Shown piece after piece: positions 1-8,869 of a stretch of DNA of 64,000 nt. The notes below the pieces were generated by a model, which saw nothing but the letters and a program-made list of their open reading frames with translations, made no database searches and was not told the origin of the DNA. Origin of the DNA: a virus; IMG/VR virus record IMGVR_UViG_3300045988_166055, positions 32,001 to 96,000 of that record. One strand, given 5' to 3'. The position numbers were made by a program, and so were the translations under genes. Every line of letters begins with the position of its first letter. The first letter of the stretch is position 1.

Positions 1-129
1 AATCTTCTTCAATTCGTGTTTGCATAACAATGCACGCAATTAGAGAGATGGTTGAGGGAGATTTTAAGTATAACGGTAACAATGTTTTGAAGTCAAAGAA
101 GCTTTTTAGTTTCCAGTGAGGAAAATTCT

Positions 130-687
130 ATGGAAGAAATTTGGAAGGATATTCCTGGATATGAAGGACTATATCAAGCATCTAATCTTGGACAAATAAG
201 AAGCCTAGATAGGGTTGTTGAATATGTTAAACATTATTCAGATAGAGATGTAAAAGCTGTTCACAAATTCAAGGGGAAGGTTCTTAAGCAAACATTTACC
301 TCTGGTTATCTGGGAGTACTTCTTAGTATAGATGGAAAAACAAAAGATGCTCTTGTTCACAGATTGGTTGCATGTACTTTTGTTGATAATCCTGGCAATA
401 AACCTCAGGTAGATCATAAAGATGGTGATAGAACTAACAACAATGCTGAAAATCTTGTTTGGGTAACTAGCAGAGAAAATCACGCCAGCACAATTTCTAG
501 AGGTGCACACACTTGTCAAAAGTTATTCAAACAGAAAATGATAATTGATGTTGATACGGGTGAAATTTTTGATTCAATGCTTTCGGCAGAAACAATGTAT
601 GGTATTCCTAGGGGCAGAATTTCGTCTGCTATAAAATCTAATCAAAGAGTATACGGGCACAAATTTGAATTGTACAAAGGAGGTTGA
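130..687 (+). CDS. HNH homing endonuclease (NUMOD4-like N-terminus + HNH_3-type core)
   Basis: 185-aa ORF. 'WKDIPGYEGLYQASNLGQIRS' is NUMOD4-like and 'VDHKDGDRTNNNAENLVWVTSRENH' is an HNH motif, both read from the translation. Confidence 0.85.
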   Translation: MEEIWKDIPGYEGLYQASNLGQIRSLDRVVEYVKHYSDRDVKAVHKFKGKVLKQTFTSGYLGVLLSIDGKTKDALVHRLVACTFVDNPGNKPQVDHKDGDRTNNNAENLVWVTSRENHASTISRGAHTCQKLFKQKMIIDVDTGEIFDSMLSAETMYGIPRGRISSAIKSNQRVYGHKFELYKGG

Positions 688-692
688 CTCAA

Positions 693-1328
693 ATGACTGA
701 TATTAAAGACAGCGGAAAAAGAACAGATTTCGAAAACGGCGCTGTGAGAGAAATAAGAGAAGAAAACGGAAGGTGCGATCTTTTACCTCTAAAGCAAGTT
801 GCAATGCTTTTTGACAATGATTACATAGTTAAAAAAGCTCTTGAAGGAATCGATGACTATATTTACAATGGTAATAAAGATGGAATCATCTACGCTCTTA
901 AATCTTTCTGTAAAATGCAGTGTAGAGATTCAATGCCTGAGATGATTCTCATGGTTTCTCATCATTATAAGGATGCTCTTTCAAAGTATCCCGAAAGAAA
1001 CTGGGAGAAGGGACTTCCTACGCATTCATTTGTCGATTCCGGTGTAAGACATCTTCTTAAACTCGCAAGAGGAGACCAAGACGAACCGCATAACAATGCT
1101 TTTGTTTGGAATATGCTTGGAATCCTATGGAATGATGAGCATCATCCAGAATTAGTTGATATGCCATTTGTGGATAAGCTTGTTAGCCCTAACAAATATA
1201 GACCTGAATGTGACTTGTCTACTGCTTCAGATACAATTTCTGATAAGTCGACTGTTGCTCATAATATAAATCCGCCTAAGGGTAGACAGTGGTCATATGT
1301 AAACAGATCATCAACTAAAAATTTTTGA
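693..1328 (+). CDS. DUF5664 / MazZ-N-terminal-like putative dNTP diphosphohydrolase
   Basis: AAGGAGG at 676-682 lies 10 nt before ATG 693; the track start TTG 684 is too close to the SD. 'DSGKRTDFENGAVREIREENGRCDLLP' and 'KYPERNWEKGLPTHSFVDSGVRHLLKLARGDQDEPHNNAFVWN' match my memory of the DUF5664 (dATP/dGTP diphosphohydrolase N-terminal) family. No search run. Confidence 0.5.
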   Translation: MTDIKDSGKRTDFENGAVREIREENGRCDLLPLKQVAMLFDNDYIVKKALEGIDDYIYNGNKDGIIYALKSFCKMQCRDSMPEMILMVSHHYKDALSKYPERNWEKGLPTHSFVDSGVRHLLKLARGDQDEPHNNAFVWNMLGILWNDEHHPELVDMPFVDKLVSPNKYRPECDLSTASDTISDKSTVAHNINPPKGRQWSYVNRSSTKNF

Positions 1329-1347
1329 TTTCAAAAAGGTTGTGAGT

Positions 1348-1376
1348 GAAAATACCGCTCACAACCTTGTATACTT
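1348..1376 (+). terminator. Hairpin after the MazZ-like gene (weak terminator candidate)
   Basis: GGTTGTGAG-N11-CTCACAACC gives a 9-bp perfect stem. Only TT follows, and the 3' arm overlaps motif B. Confidence 0.3.
1363..1374 (+). promoter_or_regulatory. Motif B copy (AACCTTGTATAC), putative phage promoter element
   Basis: Exact 12-mer shared with 12473 and 32753. Intergenic, 35 nt upstream of ATG 1409. Confidence 0.4.
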
Positions 1377-1408
1377 CCAGAATCGACATGAAATTGGAGG
1401 AATTCACA

Positions 1409-1675
1409 ATGTCTCTAATTCCTAGAGAAGAGTTAACAACTCTTAAACCAGCTAATGATGTCCGAATTGTTGCGGATGGTGCATATGAAATTCATGAAGA
1501 AATGTCAGTAGCACATGATATAAATACAGCAGCTAACTCAGGTGAAAAGTCTGTTGCAATTGTTAGAAAGCTATCAGATAATTTAGCAAAAAAGCTGAAA
1601 GCACAGGGATATACAATTACAGATGCATCTGAAAACTATCCTGAACCTTACTGTTATGTAATTTCCTGGATGTGA
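1409..1675 (+). CDS. hypothetical protein
   Basis: GGAGG at 1396-1400 precedes ATG 1409 (internal Met of track ORF 1346..1675). No motif recognised. Confidence 0.55.
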   Translation: MSLIPREELTTLKPANDVRIVADGAYEIHEEMSVAHDINTAANSGEKSVAIVRKLSDNLAKKLKAQGYTITDASENYPEPYCYVISWM

Positions 1676-1679
1676 TACA

Positions 1680-2048
1680 ATGAGATATGAAAATGTATTC
1701 TGCTTGAAGGCAGCATCATATCCTGAGTTGATATCTAATCGTCGTGTATTCAATTTAGGAGAAGTTAATGACATTCTTGAAGTTTGCTTTCCACATGGAA
1801 TAAAGTCAATATATGAAATAAAGCACATATCAAATCCCGAATATGAAGTAGATATATCTATTTATCTAAAGCCTACATGCAGCTGTTGGAAACAGATAAT
1901 GAAAGAAGGTCTATGCCTAACTCCAGGTCAGCATGATTACAGAGTCAAGTATTATGACTCAGTTATTCGTACAACTCGTTACATGTACTTCGGATACATT
2001 ATTCAAGATAACAATCCAGATAAACCGTATGTTTATATGAGCAGGTGA
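1680..2048 (+). CDS. hypothetical protein
   Basis: 122-aa ORF in the co-oriented array. No motif recognised. Confidence 0.55.
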   Translation: MRYENVFCLKAASYPELISNRRVFNLGEVNDILEVCFPHGIKSIYEIKHISNPEYEVDISIYLKPTCSCWKQIMKEGLCLTPGQHDYRVKYYDSVIRTTRYMYFGYIIQDNNPDKPYVYMSR

Positions 2049-2052
2049 ATAC

Positions 2053-3129
2053 ATGAAGATATTGGCTAAACTATACAAGTACAATGCAAACACTAATAAT
2101 AAAAATACAGGTGACTGCGTAGCTAGGTCAATATCATTAGCTCTAGGTATGGACTATGACGAAGTAAAACGCGGTCTCAAAAAAGTAGGTCACGAAATGA
2201 ATCTTCCTGGATGGAATTATTTTAGAGGATTCACAAGGTATATTCGTGAACAAGTTGGATATGATATATCATGGAGAAAACCTGTTGAAGTTTTCAACCA
2301 GACAATGACGGTAGAAGAATTTTCTCAAGAACTTGATACTGGAACCTATCTTTTACTTTGTGGAAAAGTAGAAGGTTCTACAAATCATATGGTTGCTTTA
2401 ATAGATGGTAACTACTATGACTCATGGGACAGCTCAAACAGAATTGTTTCATATTTCATGGTGATAGATGACGAAGGTCAATCTATTTCAGACGGTGTAG
2501 ATGTAAATGACATCTCAATGAGAATATTGGATGAGGTAGATAAGTACATTGAAAAGTTAAACAGCAAGTGTGCATATTTTCATCTTGATTGCGGAGGGTT
2601 GAAATCATCTACCGATGATTACACCAGGTCTTTTACTGTAGTAAACTACATTCACAAAGAAAGTTTCCCTGAAGAAGTTAAACCTTATTCAAACAGATAC
2701 AGGGATAGAGTAAGTAAGACATTTTATATCAAGATGAATCCTCATATGTCATATGATGTGAATTTTCAAAAGAATGTTGAAAGACTCCGTTACCAGATAA
2801 GAGAATGGAATTACGCGAACCGGAAAACAGTAGAAGATAAAGTAAAGGAAGTTCAAACTTCTAGGACAATGAACAAGGAGTTTAGAGGAGATCTTCAACT
2901 TCTTTCTAAGATTCCTAAGGAGTACCAGAAATATATAATTAGAGCAGAAGATAACGGAACATCTTATTATACAGATAGATATAGTGTTTCGTTGTATGCT
3001 TTGCCAAATGACCCGAATTACAATGACAGAGATAAGTGGGTTACATGCTACGGTGACAGCATTAGAGAGCTTATATCTAATTTGAAATATTATTTCATTG
3101 ACTTTCAAAGGTTTGGATACGACTACTAA
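2053..3129 (+). CDS. hypothetical protein with possible N-terminal papain-like Cys/His peptidase domain
   Basis: AGGTGA RBS. 'TGDCVARSISLALG' (Cys) and 'STNHMVALIDGNYYDSWDS' (His, Asp) are spaced as in C39-like peptidases. Weak by-eye call. Confidence 0.6.
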   Translation: MKILAKLYKYNANTNNKNTGDCVARSISLALGMDYDEVKRGLKKVGHEMNLPGWNYFRGFTRYIREQVGYDISWRKPVEVFNQTMTVEEFSQELDTGTYLLLCGKVEGSTNHMVALIDGNYYDSWDSSNRIVSYFMVIDDEGQSISDGVDVNDISMRILDEVDKYIEKLNSKCAYFHLDCGGLKSSTDDYTRSFTVVNYIHKESFPEEVKPYSNRYRDRVSKTFYIKMNPHMSYDVNFQKNVERLRYQIREWNYANRKTVEDKVKEVQTSRTMNKEFRGDLQLLSKIPKEYQKYIIRAEDNGTSYYTDRYSVSLYALPNDPNYNDRDKWVTCYGDSIRELISNLKYYFIDFQRFGYDY

Positions 3130-3143
3130 GGAGGGAGATCCTT

Positions 3144-3800
3144 TTGAATTACATATATGGTTGTAAGATGTTTAGATCAAGCTCAAGAAAAGATCACATA
3201 AGGGCAAATATTGCCAATCCTATCAATGTTGAGCTTGTTCAGCAAATTCAAGATCTTACTGATGATGAAGATACCGTAACTAATTCACCATCTGAAGGAA
3301 GTTCTGCTAACAATAAAGAACGAAAGATATTGAAGGGTCCTTCATCTTCTCCATCTGGTGGATCTTATTCTCCTTCGTTTAATGATAATTCAGAACCTTC
3401 TGATGAAGATATTTTCATTCCTGATGATGAAAAAAATAATGATTCAATTGACTCAGAGCAGATAGATGAGTCACCGGAATCAGACGATAATGTTGATGAC
3501 GGATCTTCTGATGATGAAGTAGAATCTTCTGAAGAAATTACTGCAGTAGTAGAAGATGAATTAGACATAAATCAGCTGAAAAGCATATTGAACAACAGCT
3601 ATTTAACTTACGGAGTTTCAAGAATATCTGAAAGAAAAAATGAAGTTTGGGTTTACTACAATGATGATATAAACTTGAATCCAATGCTATCTGACATAAT
3701 ATATTCAGTTGAATCTTCAAAATTCAAGAATCTTGAATTCAACAGAATAGCGAGATCAGATAACGCTGTAGTTTTTGAGAAGGTAGATAACGATGGTTAA
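3144..3800 (+). CDS. acidic Ser/Asp/Glu-rich low-complexity protein
   Basis: GGAGGGAG sits 9 nt before TTG 3144; ATG 3168 is an alternative start. The central ~100 aa are almost entirely S/D/E/N. Confidence 0.6.
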   Translation: MNYIYGCKMFRSSSRKDHIRANIANPINVELVQQIQDLTDDEDTVTNSPSEGSSANNKERKILKGPSSSPSGGSYSPSFNDNSEPSDEDIFIPDDEKNNDSIDSEQIDESPESDDNVDDGSSDDEVESSEEITAVVEDELDINQLKSILNNSYLTYGVSRISERKNEVWVYYNDDINLNPMLSDIIYSVESSKFKNLEFNRIARSDNAVVFEKVDNDG

Positions 3801-4113
3801 GCGAAAGCTTCCATTAACTGAAGAATTAGATTTTCATTATCTTCTTACTTTACTTCCTCCATTAAAAGATGAGCCTGAATTTTCTTGGCTTCCTGAATTG
3901 TTTAGCATAATAGGGCATGAAAAGTTATTGCTTTTATGTAAGTATGCAGGTGGAGAGAAAATAAGAATTCCTACTCTTGATGAACTAAATTTCAGCATAA
4001 ATTCATTACAATGGTTCTATGATGTTGAAATAAAGCGTTCAAAGCAATCCTCGGACATACCTTCTATATATTTAGAAGAAATTAAAAAGATTGGTGACAA
4101 ATACTTTGCTTGA
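3793..4113 (+). CDS. hypothetical protein
   Basis: 106-aa ORF overlapping the upstream stop. 'KYAGGEKIRIPTLDEL' faintly recalls the Mor-family GG..(I/Y)IP motif. Not relied on. Confidence 0.55.
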   Translation: MVKRKLPLTEELDFHYLLTLLPPLKDEPEFSWLPELFSIIGHEKLLLLCKYAGGEKIRIPTLDELNFSINSLQWFYDVEIKRSKQSSDIPSIYLEEIKKIGDKYFA

Positions 4114-4306
4114 AACTGTTAAACAAAGAATATCGTCGCTTCCTGCTAAGAGCTTCAAAGCTTTCTACAATGACTATTTGTATGAAATGCAGGATAGAGC
4201 AATAGATCAAGAAATGAATTATCTTGTTACTTATAATCAACTTGATATATTGAGTCTTGACAGATTGATACAAGATTATGTAAGTAAGATGGTGATTGAG
4301 AGATGA
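4091..4306 (+). CDS. hypothetical protein
   Basis: 71-aa ORF with a non-ATG start and weak RBS. Retained because it fills the array without gaps. Confidence 0.4.
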   Translation: MVTNTLLETVKQRISSLPAKSFKAFYNDYLYEMQDRAIDQEMNYLVTYNQLDILSLDRLIQDYVSKMVIER

Positions 4307-4626
4307 TTACAACAAATGATCTTCAAAGATTGTATGTTGATATGTATAAACAGATAAGAGAATATCTTTGGCCGTTCAGAATTGTTGAAGCACTCGCAGA
4401 TCTTGAAATAGCTTGTTACAAAGCATTTCCCGATATTGATGAGGTGAAAACATTTTTCAGACGACTTTCATCTGAAATACGGTTTCAAGCAGATAAAGAA
4501 GATGATGAAGATCTTCTTAAATCAATTGAAAAATTTCAGACATTTTTAGACGATGAAGATAAAATTGATGGAGTTTACTCAAAACTAAATAGCGTCAGAG
4601 AGGTGAAGGACAATGAGGATAAATAA
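4303..4626 (+). CDS. hypothetical protein
   Basis: 107-aa ORF with start overlapping the upstream stop (ATGA). Confidence 0.6.
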   Translation: MITTNDLQRLYVDMYKQIREYLWPFRIVEALADLEIACYKAFPDIDEVKTFFRRLSSEIRFQADKEDDEDLLKSIEKFQTFLDDEDKIDGVYSKLNSVREVKDNEDK

Positions 4627-4813
4627 GAACACGAAGCAAGCTGAAATTATTGATAACAAAGACCCAGTTCTTTGCAAAAATTCTAATTGTAGGGAAGACG
4701 CTATCATTAAAATAAGAGAAGCTATCTCTTGTTTATCGCCTATTGCTAAACAAGATGATATTGCAAGAGAATCAATAGCTAACTTAAGTGTAATTCTTTT
4801 TGACCTTCAGTAA
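4613..4813 (+). CDS. hypothetical protein
   Basis: 66-aa ORF with a GAGGTGAAGG RBS. Confidence 0.5.
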   Translation: MRINKNTKQAEIIDNKDPVLCKNSNCREDAIIKIREAISCLSPIAKQDDIARESIANLSVILFDLQ

Positions 4814-4826
4814 CAGGAGGTAGCAT

Positions 4827-5363
4827 ATGAAGGACCTCAAAACCGTTGAGGATCTGAATGATATTAAAATTCAAGATCCACTATCAAATTTTCAAAGGGA
4901 GGGCGTTTCTCGTATGCGCACCTCCCTACTGTCATGTACAATGGATTCTACAGGAAATACTGCTAAGCAAGCACTTCAGCAGATAACTGTGATGAGAATA
5001 TACCATCAAATAAGCAGAGTAATCAAATACTTAGATTTGATGGATAAGTTAGAAGATAAGCTATATTCATCTATCGAAAAGTCAATAGACAACATGGCTG
5101 AAGCAAATCCTTCTACGTGGGCAATGCTGCTTAGAATTCAATCCCAGCTACAGGACAATATGTTGCAGTCGCAGAAATTACTTGCGCCATACATGAACAT
5201 AGATTCATTTTCATTACCTGAAATAGTTGAAAACAGTAAGCAAGCCGATTCTACAGCTTATCTCATTCCACAAGAATCAAGAGAAAAACTTAGAACTAGC
5301 GCTCAAGCTATATTAGTTGAATTAGAGGCAGGTGATGAAATTGACGAAGATTCAGAATCTTGA
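4827..5363 (+). CDS. putative terminase small subunit (by position only)
   Basis: 178-aa coiled-coil-like protein with an AGGAGG RBS. It lies immediately upstream of, and overlaps, the large terminase gene. Confidence 0.3.
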   Translation: MKDLKTVEDLNDIKIQDPLSNFQREGVSRMRTSLLSCTMDSTGNTAKQALQQITVMRIYHQISRVIKYLDLMDKLEDKLYSSIEKSIDNMAEANPSTWAMLLRIQSQLQDNMLQSQKLLAPYMNIDSFSLPEIVENSKQADSTAYLIPQESREKLRTSAQAILVELEAGDEIDEDSES

Positions 5364-7251
5364 CAACCTTCCAGAAAGAATAAAATCAATTTATTCATCT
5401 GTTTCAAAAGAAGAGCAGAGGTACTTAAAACAGATTTTGATTGAGCTGTCAACAACAGGCACATCTCCTACATATGAAAACATATGGCTTGCAGACTTCA
5501 AAGAAGTCCCAGTAAGTATTGATACTTTTATATGCGATCCATATTATTTAGGGTCTGTAAACCGAAACGGAGAAGCTGTGTACCCATTTTGGCGCGAAAC
5601 GCTTAGAGATATATTTAATTCCGGAAATAAGTACAACGAAATAATACTTAGCGGAGCAACTCGTATAGGTAAAACATCTACCGCAGTAATTATATTAGCG
5701 TATATGCTGTACAGACTTATGCTATACAGAGACCCACATTCATATTTCAAAAAGAAACAAGTATCAAAATTCACTATAATATTTGCAAACTTGACAAAAG
5801 AGCTTGCAGAAGGTGTTGCGTACAGAGAATTTAATGATACACTTAAGGCGTCTCCATTTTTCAATGACCACGGAAAATTTTCTAGAAGTGACAGAAAATT
5901 TTATTATATTCCAGAAGGAGATAACATAGACATAATAGCTGTTTCAGATGCATCACAGGCGCTTGGAATGCAGTCATGGGCGGTCATGATGGACGAAACT
6001 AACTTCGCTAAGGCTGGCGTAAAGGACATAAATAAAGCGAAGGCACATATGAAAGCATTGTACGATACTGTCAATGCTCGTATCTCTGGTACATTTAGAA
6101 TAGGTGGCGAAGTTTATGGTAAGCTCATAGCTGCTTCCTCAAAGAATACCGATTCTGATTTTCTTAGTGATCATATTGAAAAACAGCTTAATTCTGGAAA
6201 TACACATTTATACTTAGTAGACGAACCTCAATGGAGAATACTTCCAAAATCTATGTTTTCAGATGAGCGATTTTATTTCACAGTTGGCGACAGATATAAG
6301 AGAGGTTTTGTAGTCCCAAAGGAGAATGAAGACGAAGCTCATCTTCAAGAATATCGTGAACAAGGTTATCAAGTAATCGAAGCTCCTGCAGAACTAAGAA
6401 AGAATTTTCTTGCAGATTATGACATATCTTTAAGAGATATAGCAGGCATATCTGTTGTAGGATCAATGGGCTTCATAACTCAGGAAGCAATAACTCCTGT
6501 AGTGTCTCAAGATAGAAAAAATCCATTCTTTACGGACACTATTCAGATTGGCTCAAAGGATAATGCCACAATACAGCAATATTTTCATATGGAAGTTGTT
6601 CCTAGTAACTTAAAAAGCTGCTACATGTCTATACATCTTGACTTAGCCGAAGTAAACGATAGACAAGGAATTGTAGGGAGCTGTGTAGACGGATCAAAGA
6701 TAGTGGAAGATATAAACGGAAGAAAGCTTTCTCTTCCATTTTTCAGAGAAGTATTTGCTGTAGGAATAGAAGCTCCTAGAGGAGACAGAATGTCTTTTCA
6801 GAAGGTGATAAATTTCTTAGTTTGGTTAAGACGATCCGGCTTCAACATAGGCGTAGTTTCAACTGACCAATTTCAGTCAAGTTACGTCAGGGAAATGCTT
6901 TCTCAACAAGGATTCAACACTAAGAAGATATCTGTTGATAGATCAGAAGAACCATACATAGGTTTGAAGAACGTAATATATGACCAAAGAATTGAGTTAG
7001 TTAAGAATCAGCTTCAAGAAGATGAATTAGTAAATCTTCAGAGAATAAACAATCGCATAGATCACCCGTCTGACGGATCAAAAGATATTTCGGATGGATT
7101 GTGTGGATCTATTTGGAATCTTGTTGAAGATCAAGTTTTACCGCAGCCTAAACCTAAATCAGTTGCTTCTGTAATTGCTTCTGTAAATTCAGGACAGAGG
7201 CAATACAGTAGAAATAATATGCCAGGATTTAATTTTCCTACAAAAAGATAA
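5335..7251 (+). CDS. terL: terminase large subunit
   Basis: Walker A-like 'LSGATRIGKTSTAV' and Walker B-like 'WAVMMDETNF'. About 640 aa, and a portal-like gene follows. Confidence 0.8.
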   Translation: MKLTKIQNLDNLPERIKSIYSSVSKEEQRYLKQILIELSTTGTSPTYENIWLADFKEVPVSIDTFICDPYYLGSVNRNGEAVYPFWRETLRDIFNSGNKYNEIILSGATRIGKTSTAVIILAYMLYRLMLYRDPHSYFKKKQVSKFTIIFANLTKELAEGVAYREFNDTLKASPFFNDHGKFSRSDRKFYYIPEGDNIDIIAVSDASQALGMQSWAVMMDETNFAKAGVKDINKAKAHMKALYDTVNARISGTFRIGGEVYGKLIAASSKNTDSDFLSDHIEKQLNSGNTHLYLVDEPQWRILPKSMFSDERFYFTVGDRYKRGFVVPKENEDEAHLQEYREQGYQVIEAPAELRKNFLADYDISLRDIAGISVVGSMGFITQEAITPVVSQDRKNPFFTDTIQIGSKDNATIQQYFHMEVVPSNLKSCYMSIHLDLAEVNDRQGIVGSCVDGSKIVEDINGRKLSLPFFREVFAVGIEAPRGDRMSFQKVINFLVWLRRSGFNIGVVSTDQFQSSYVREMLSQQGFNTKKISVDRSEEPYIGLKNVIYDQRIELVKNQLQEDELVNLQRINNRIDHPSDGSKDISDGLCGSIWNLVEDQVLPQPKPKSVASVIASVNSGQRQYSRNNMPGFNFPTKR

Positions 7252-7301
7252 TCAACTGCATTGCAGATGATATATTAAAAAAATTAAGGAGTCGATAAAA
7301 T

Positions 7302-8849
7302 ATGTTCGTAAGAAACTGTCTACGTGCAGGGGACTACCTTGTTCCTGTTCCTGTTGGAGTTCCTGTTACTCTTGAATACAACGATGGGTGGCTTTCAAAG
7401 GTTTATCTTAACTATGATAATCATAAAACTATCTTAGAGAGCCCGTTTTTTGAGATTGTAAAATCGGAAACAGACGTTCCCTCTAAGGTTCCTATCAAGA
7501 TTGGTATGACATGGGTGAAAGGTGTTCTATATTCAGGAACTCATATTTCATGCGATGGGTTTGTTTTCAATGAAGTTGTAAATAAGATGATAACTGACTT
7601 CTTGAGTAATTCAAGAACATACAGATTCTTTGCAGTTGATGTAGAAAGTAATGCAACAATGTTCCATGGGGCTGGTCCTGTGAGACAATGGCTAAAGATG
7701 AATGGATTCAAAGTTATAATGGGACAACTTGTTCCTGCTACGATAAATGAGAAAACATTCAATACAATGTGGAATGAAAAATATCAATTTGAATATCCTC
7801 TGATGATGTATTATTTCATTTGGAGAGGTTCAGAAAAGATAGTAAGAAATACACTTATGATTCAACATACTTGTAAGCGAGTGTCTAAAAATCTTCTTGA
7901 TAACGGATCTGTTCAAGCTATAATTTTCACAGAGTCAGATGAGAAAGTAGAAGTTGATTACTACGATGTAACAGCTAATGAATTGAGAGCAGGTAGTCTA
8001 TTCTACATTGATGATAATAACCATATTATCTATTCTTGGAATGATAATGCAAAATCTAAATTCAACGCAGAAATAACTTGTCCTGTATGCGGTAAAACAT
8101 ATGTTCCTAAGAAGTACACACATTGTGATGATGATAACTGTCTTTCATTGAAATACTTTACTGCTAACAACATTCTAAGATCATTTGGAATGCATGAAAT
8201 ATCTTTCAAAGATTACATCAAAAAGGTTAAGAATAATGAAATTCTCTCAGTTGGGGACATTCTTAATTGCGACGAATATCTAGATTACACTTTGAACGCA
8301 TCGTTGTACTCAGTTCTTAGAGCGCTTATTCCTCTTTCGGCTGCTAGAAGCGATGACAATATTTCGTCATTTGTTAACAGATGCAATAACAATGTAGATA
8401 GCTTGAAGTATTATATATCAAATCCTTCTAGAGCAAAAGTCGATTTTGAAATTACAGATCCGAAGTTCGATGATATGCTTGACTGGTTAAGTAAGAACGA
8501 AAATGTAGCGGATATTATCAACATTCTTGATAACCCTAGGTACAACCCTTCTTACAAAGATAAGCTTTTTGACGGACCTCCTATTTTCCGTGATAAAAAG
8601 ATTTATCTAACTGGAAGATTCAAGCACGGTGATATGAATTCTGTAATAAGTATTCTTCAAAGTTACTGTGCAGAAGTTACTGATAAATTTGGATCTGACA
8701 TTGATTGCGTTGTCATTGGTGATATCTTAGAGAATATAAACGCAAGAAACGTAAAAGCTGCTAAAAATATGCGTATTCCTGTTATGGACGAATCAACATT
8801 TTTTGATACTTATGATATTGATTCTGACATACAGCAGAACCTTCAATAA
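7302..8849 (+). CDS. NAD-dependent DNA ligase (LigA)-like protein with Zn finger and BRCT domain; adenylation lysine apparently absent
   Basis: 'TLEYNDGWLSKVYL' aligns by eye to the LigA segment following KxDG. Also present: 'WLKMNGFKV', the Cys4 finger 'CPVCGKTYVPKKYTHCDDDNC', and the C-terminal BRCT-like 'KIYLTGRFKHGDMNSVISILQSYCAEVTDKFGSDIDCVVIGD'. No KxDG motif is present. Confidence 0.55.
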   Translation: MFVRNCLRAGDYLVPVPVGVPVTLEYNDGWLSKVYLNYDNHKTILESPFFEIVKSETDVPSKVPIKIGMTWVKGVLYSGTHISCDGFVFNEVVNKMITDFLSNSRTYRFFAVDVESNATMFHGAGPVRQWLKMNGFKVIMGQLVPATINEKTFNTMWNEKYQFEYPLMMYYFIWRGSEKIVRNTLMIQHTCKRVSKNLLDNGSVQAIIFTESDEKVEVDYYDVTANELRAGSLFYIDDNNHIIYSWNDNAKSKFNAEITCPVCGKTYVPKKYTHCDDDNCLSLKYFTANNILRSFGMHEISFKDYIKKVKNNEILSVGDILNCDEYLDYTLNASLYSVLRALIPLSAARSDDNISSFVNRCNNNVDSLKYYISNPSRAKVDFEITDPKFDDMLDWLSKNENVADIINILDNPRYNPSYKDKLFDGPPIFRDKKIYLTGRFKHGDMNSVISILQSYCAEVTDKFGSDIDCVVIGDILENINARNVKAAKNMRIPVMDESTFFDTYDIDSDIQQNLQ

Positions 8850-8869
8850 GTTTGATGGAGGTGAAATAG

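Noticed and set aside
238-519. Minus-strand ORFs of 60-135 aa scattered through the window, e.g. 238..519, 2749..3108, 5544..5864, 22377..22697, 39150..39494, 40274..40567, 59534..59941
   Set aside because: All lie fully inside longer + strand genes that have motifs or RBSs. They have no SD and hydrophobic or low-complexity translations. The only minus-strand ORF with an SD, its own terminator and recognisable similarity is 17922..18578.
693-1328. Idea that the window encodes a complete Z-base (aminoadenine) or other hypermodification pathway
   Set aside because: Only a MazZ-N/DUF5664-like gene plus generic dNTP-pool enzymes are present. No PurZ-, DatZ-, thymidylate-synthase-like or transferase genes are recognisable in these 64 kb, so a pathway cannot be claimed from this window.
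7252-7301. CTGCATTGCAG near-palindrome after terL, considered as a terminator
   Set aside because: The arms CTGCA and TGCAG are separated by a single nucleotide, which is too small for a hairpin loop. No T-run follows.
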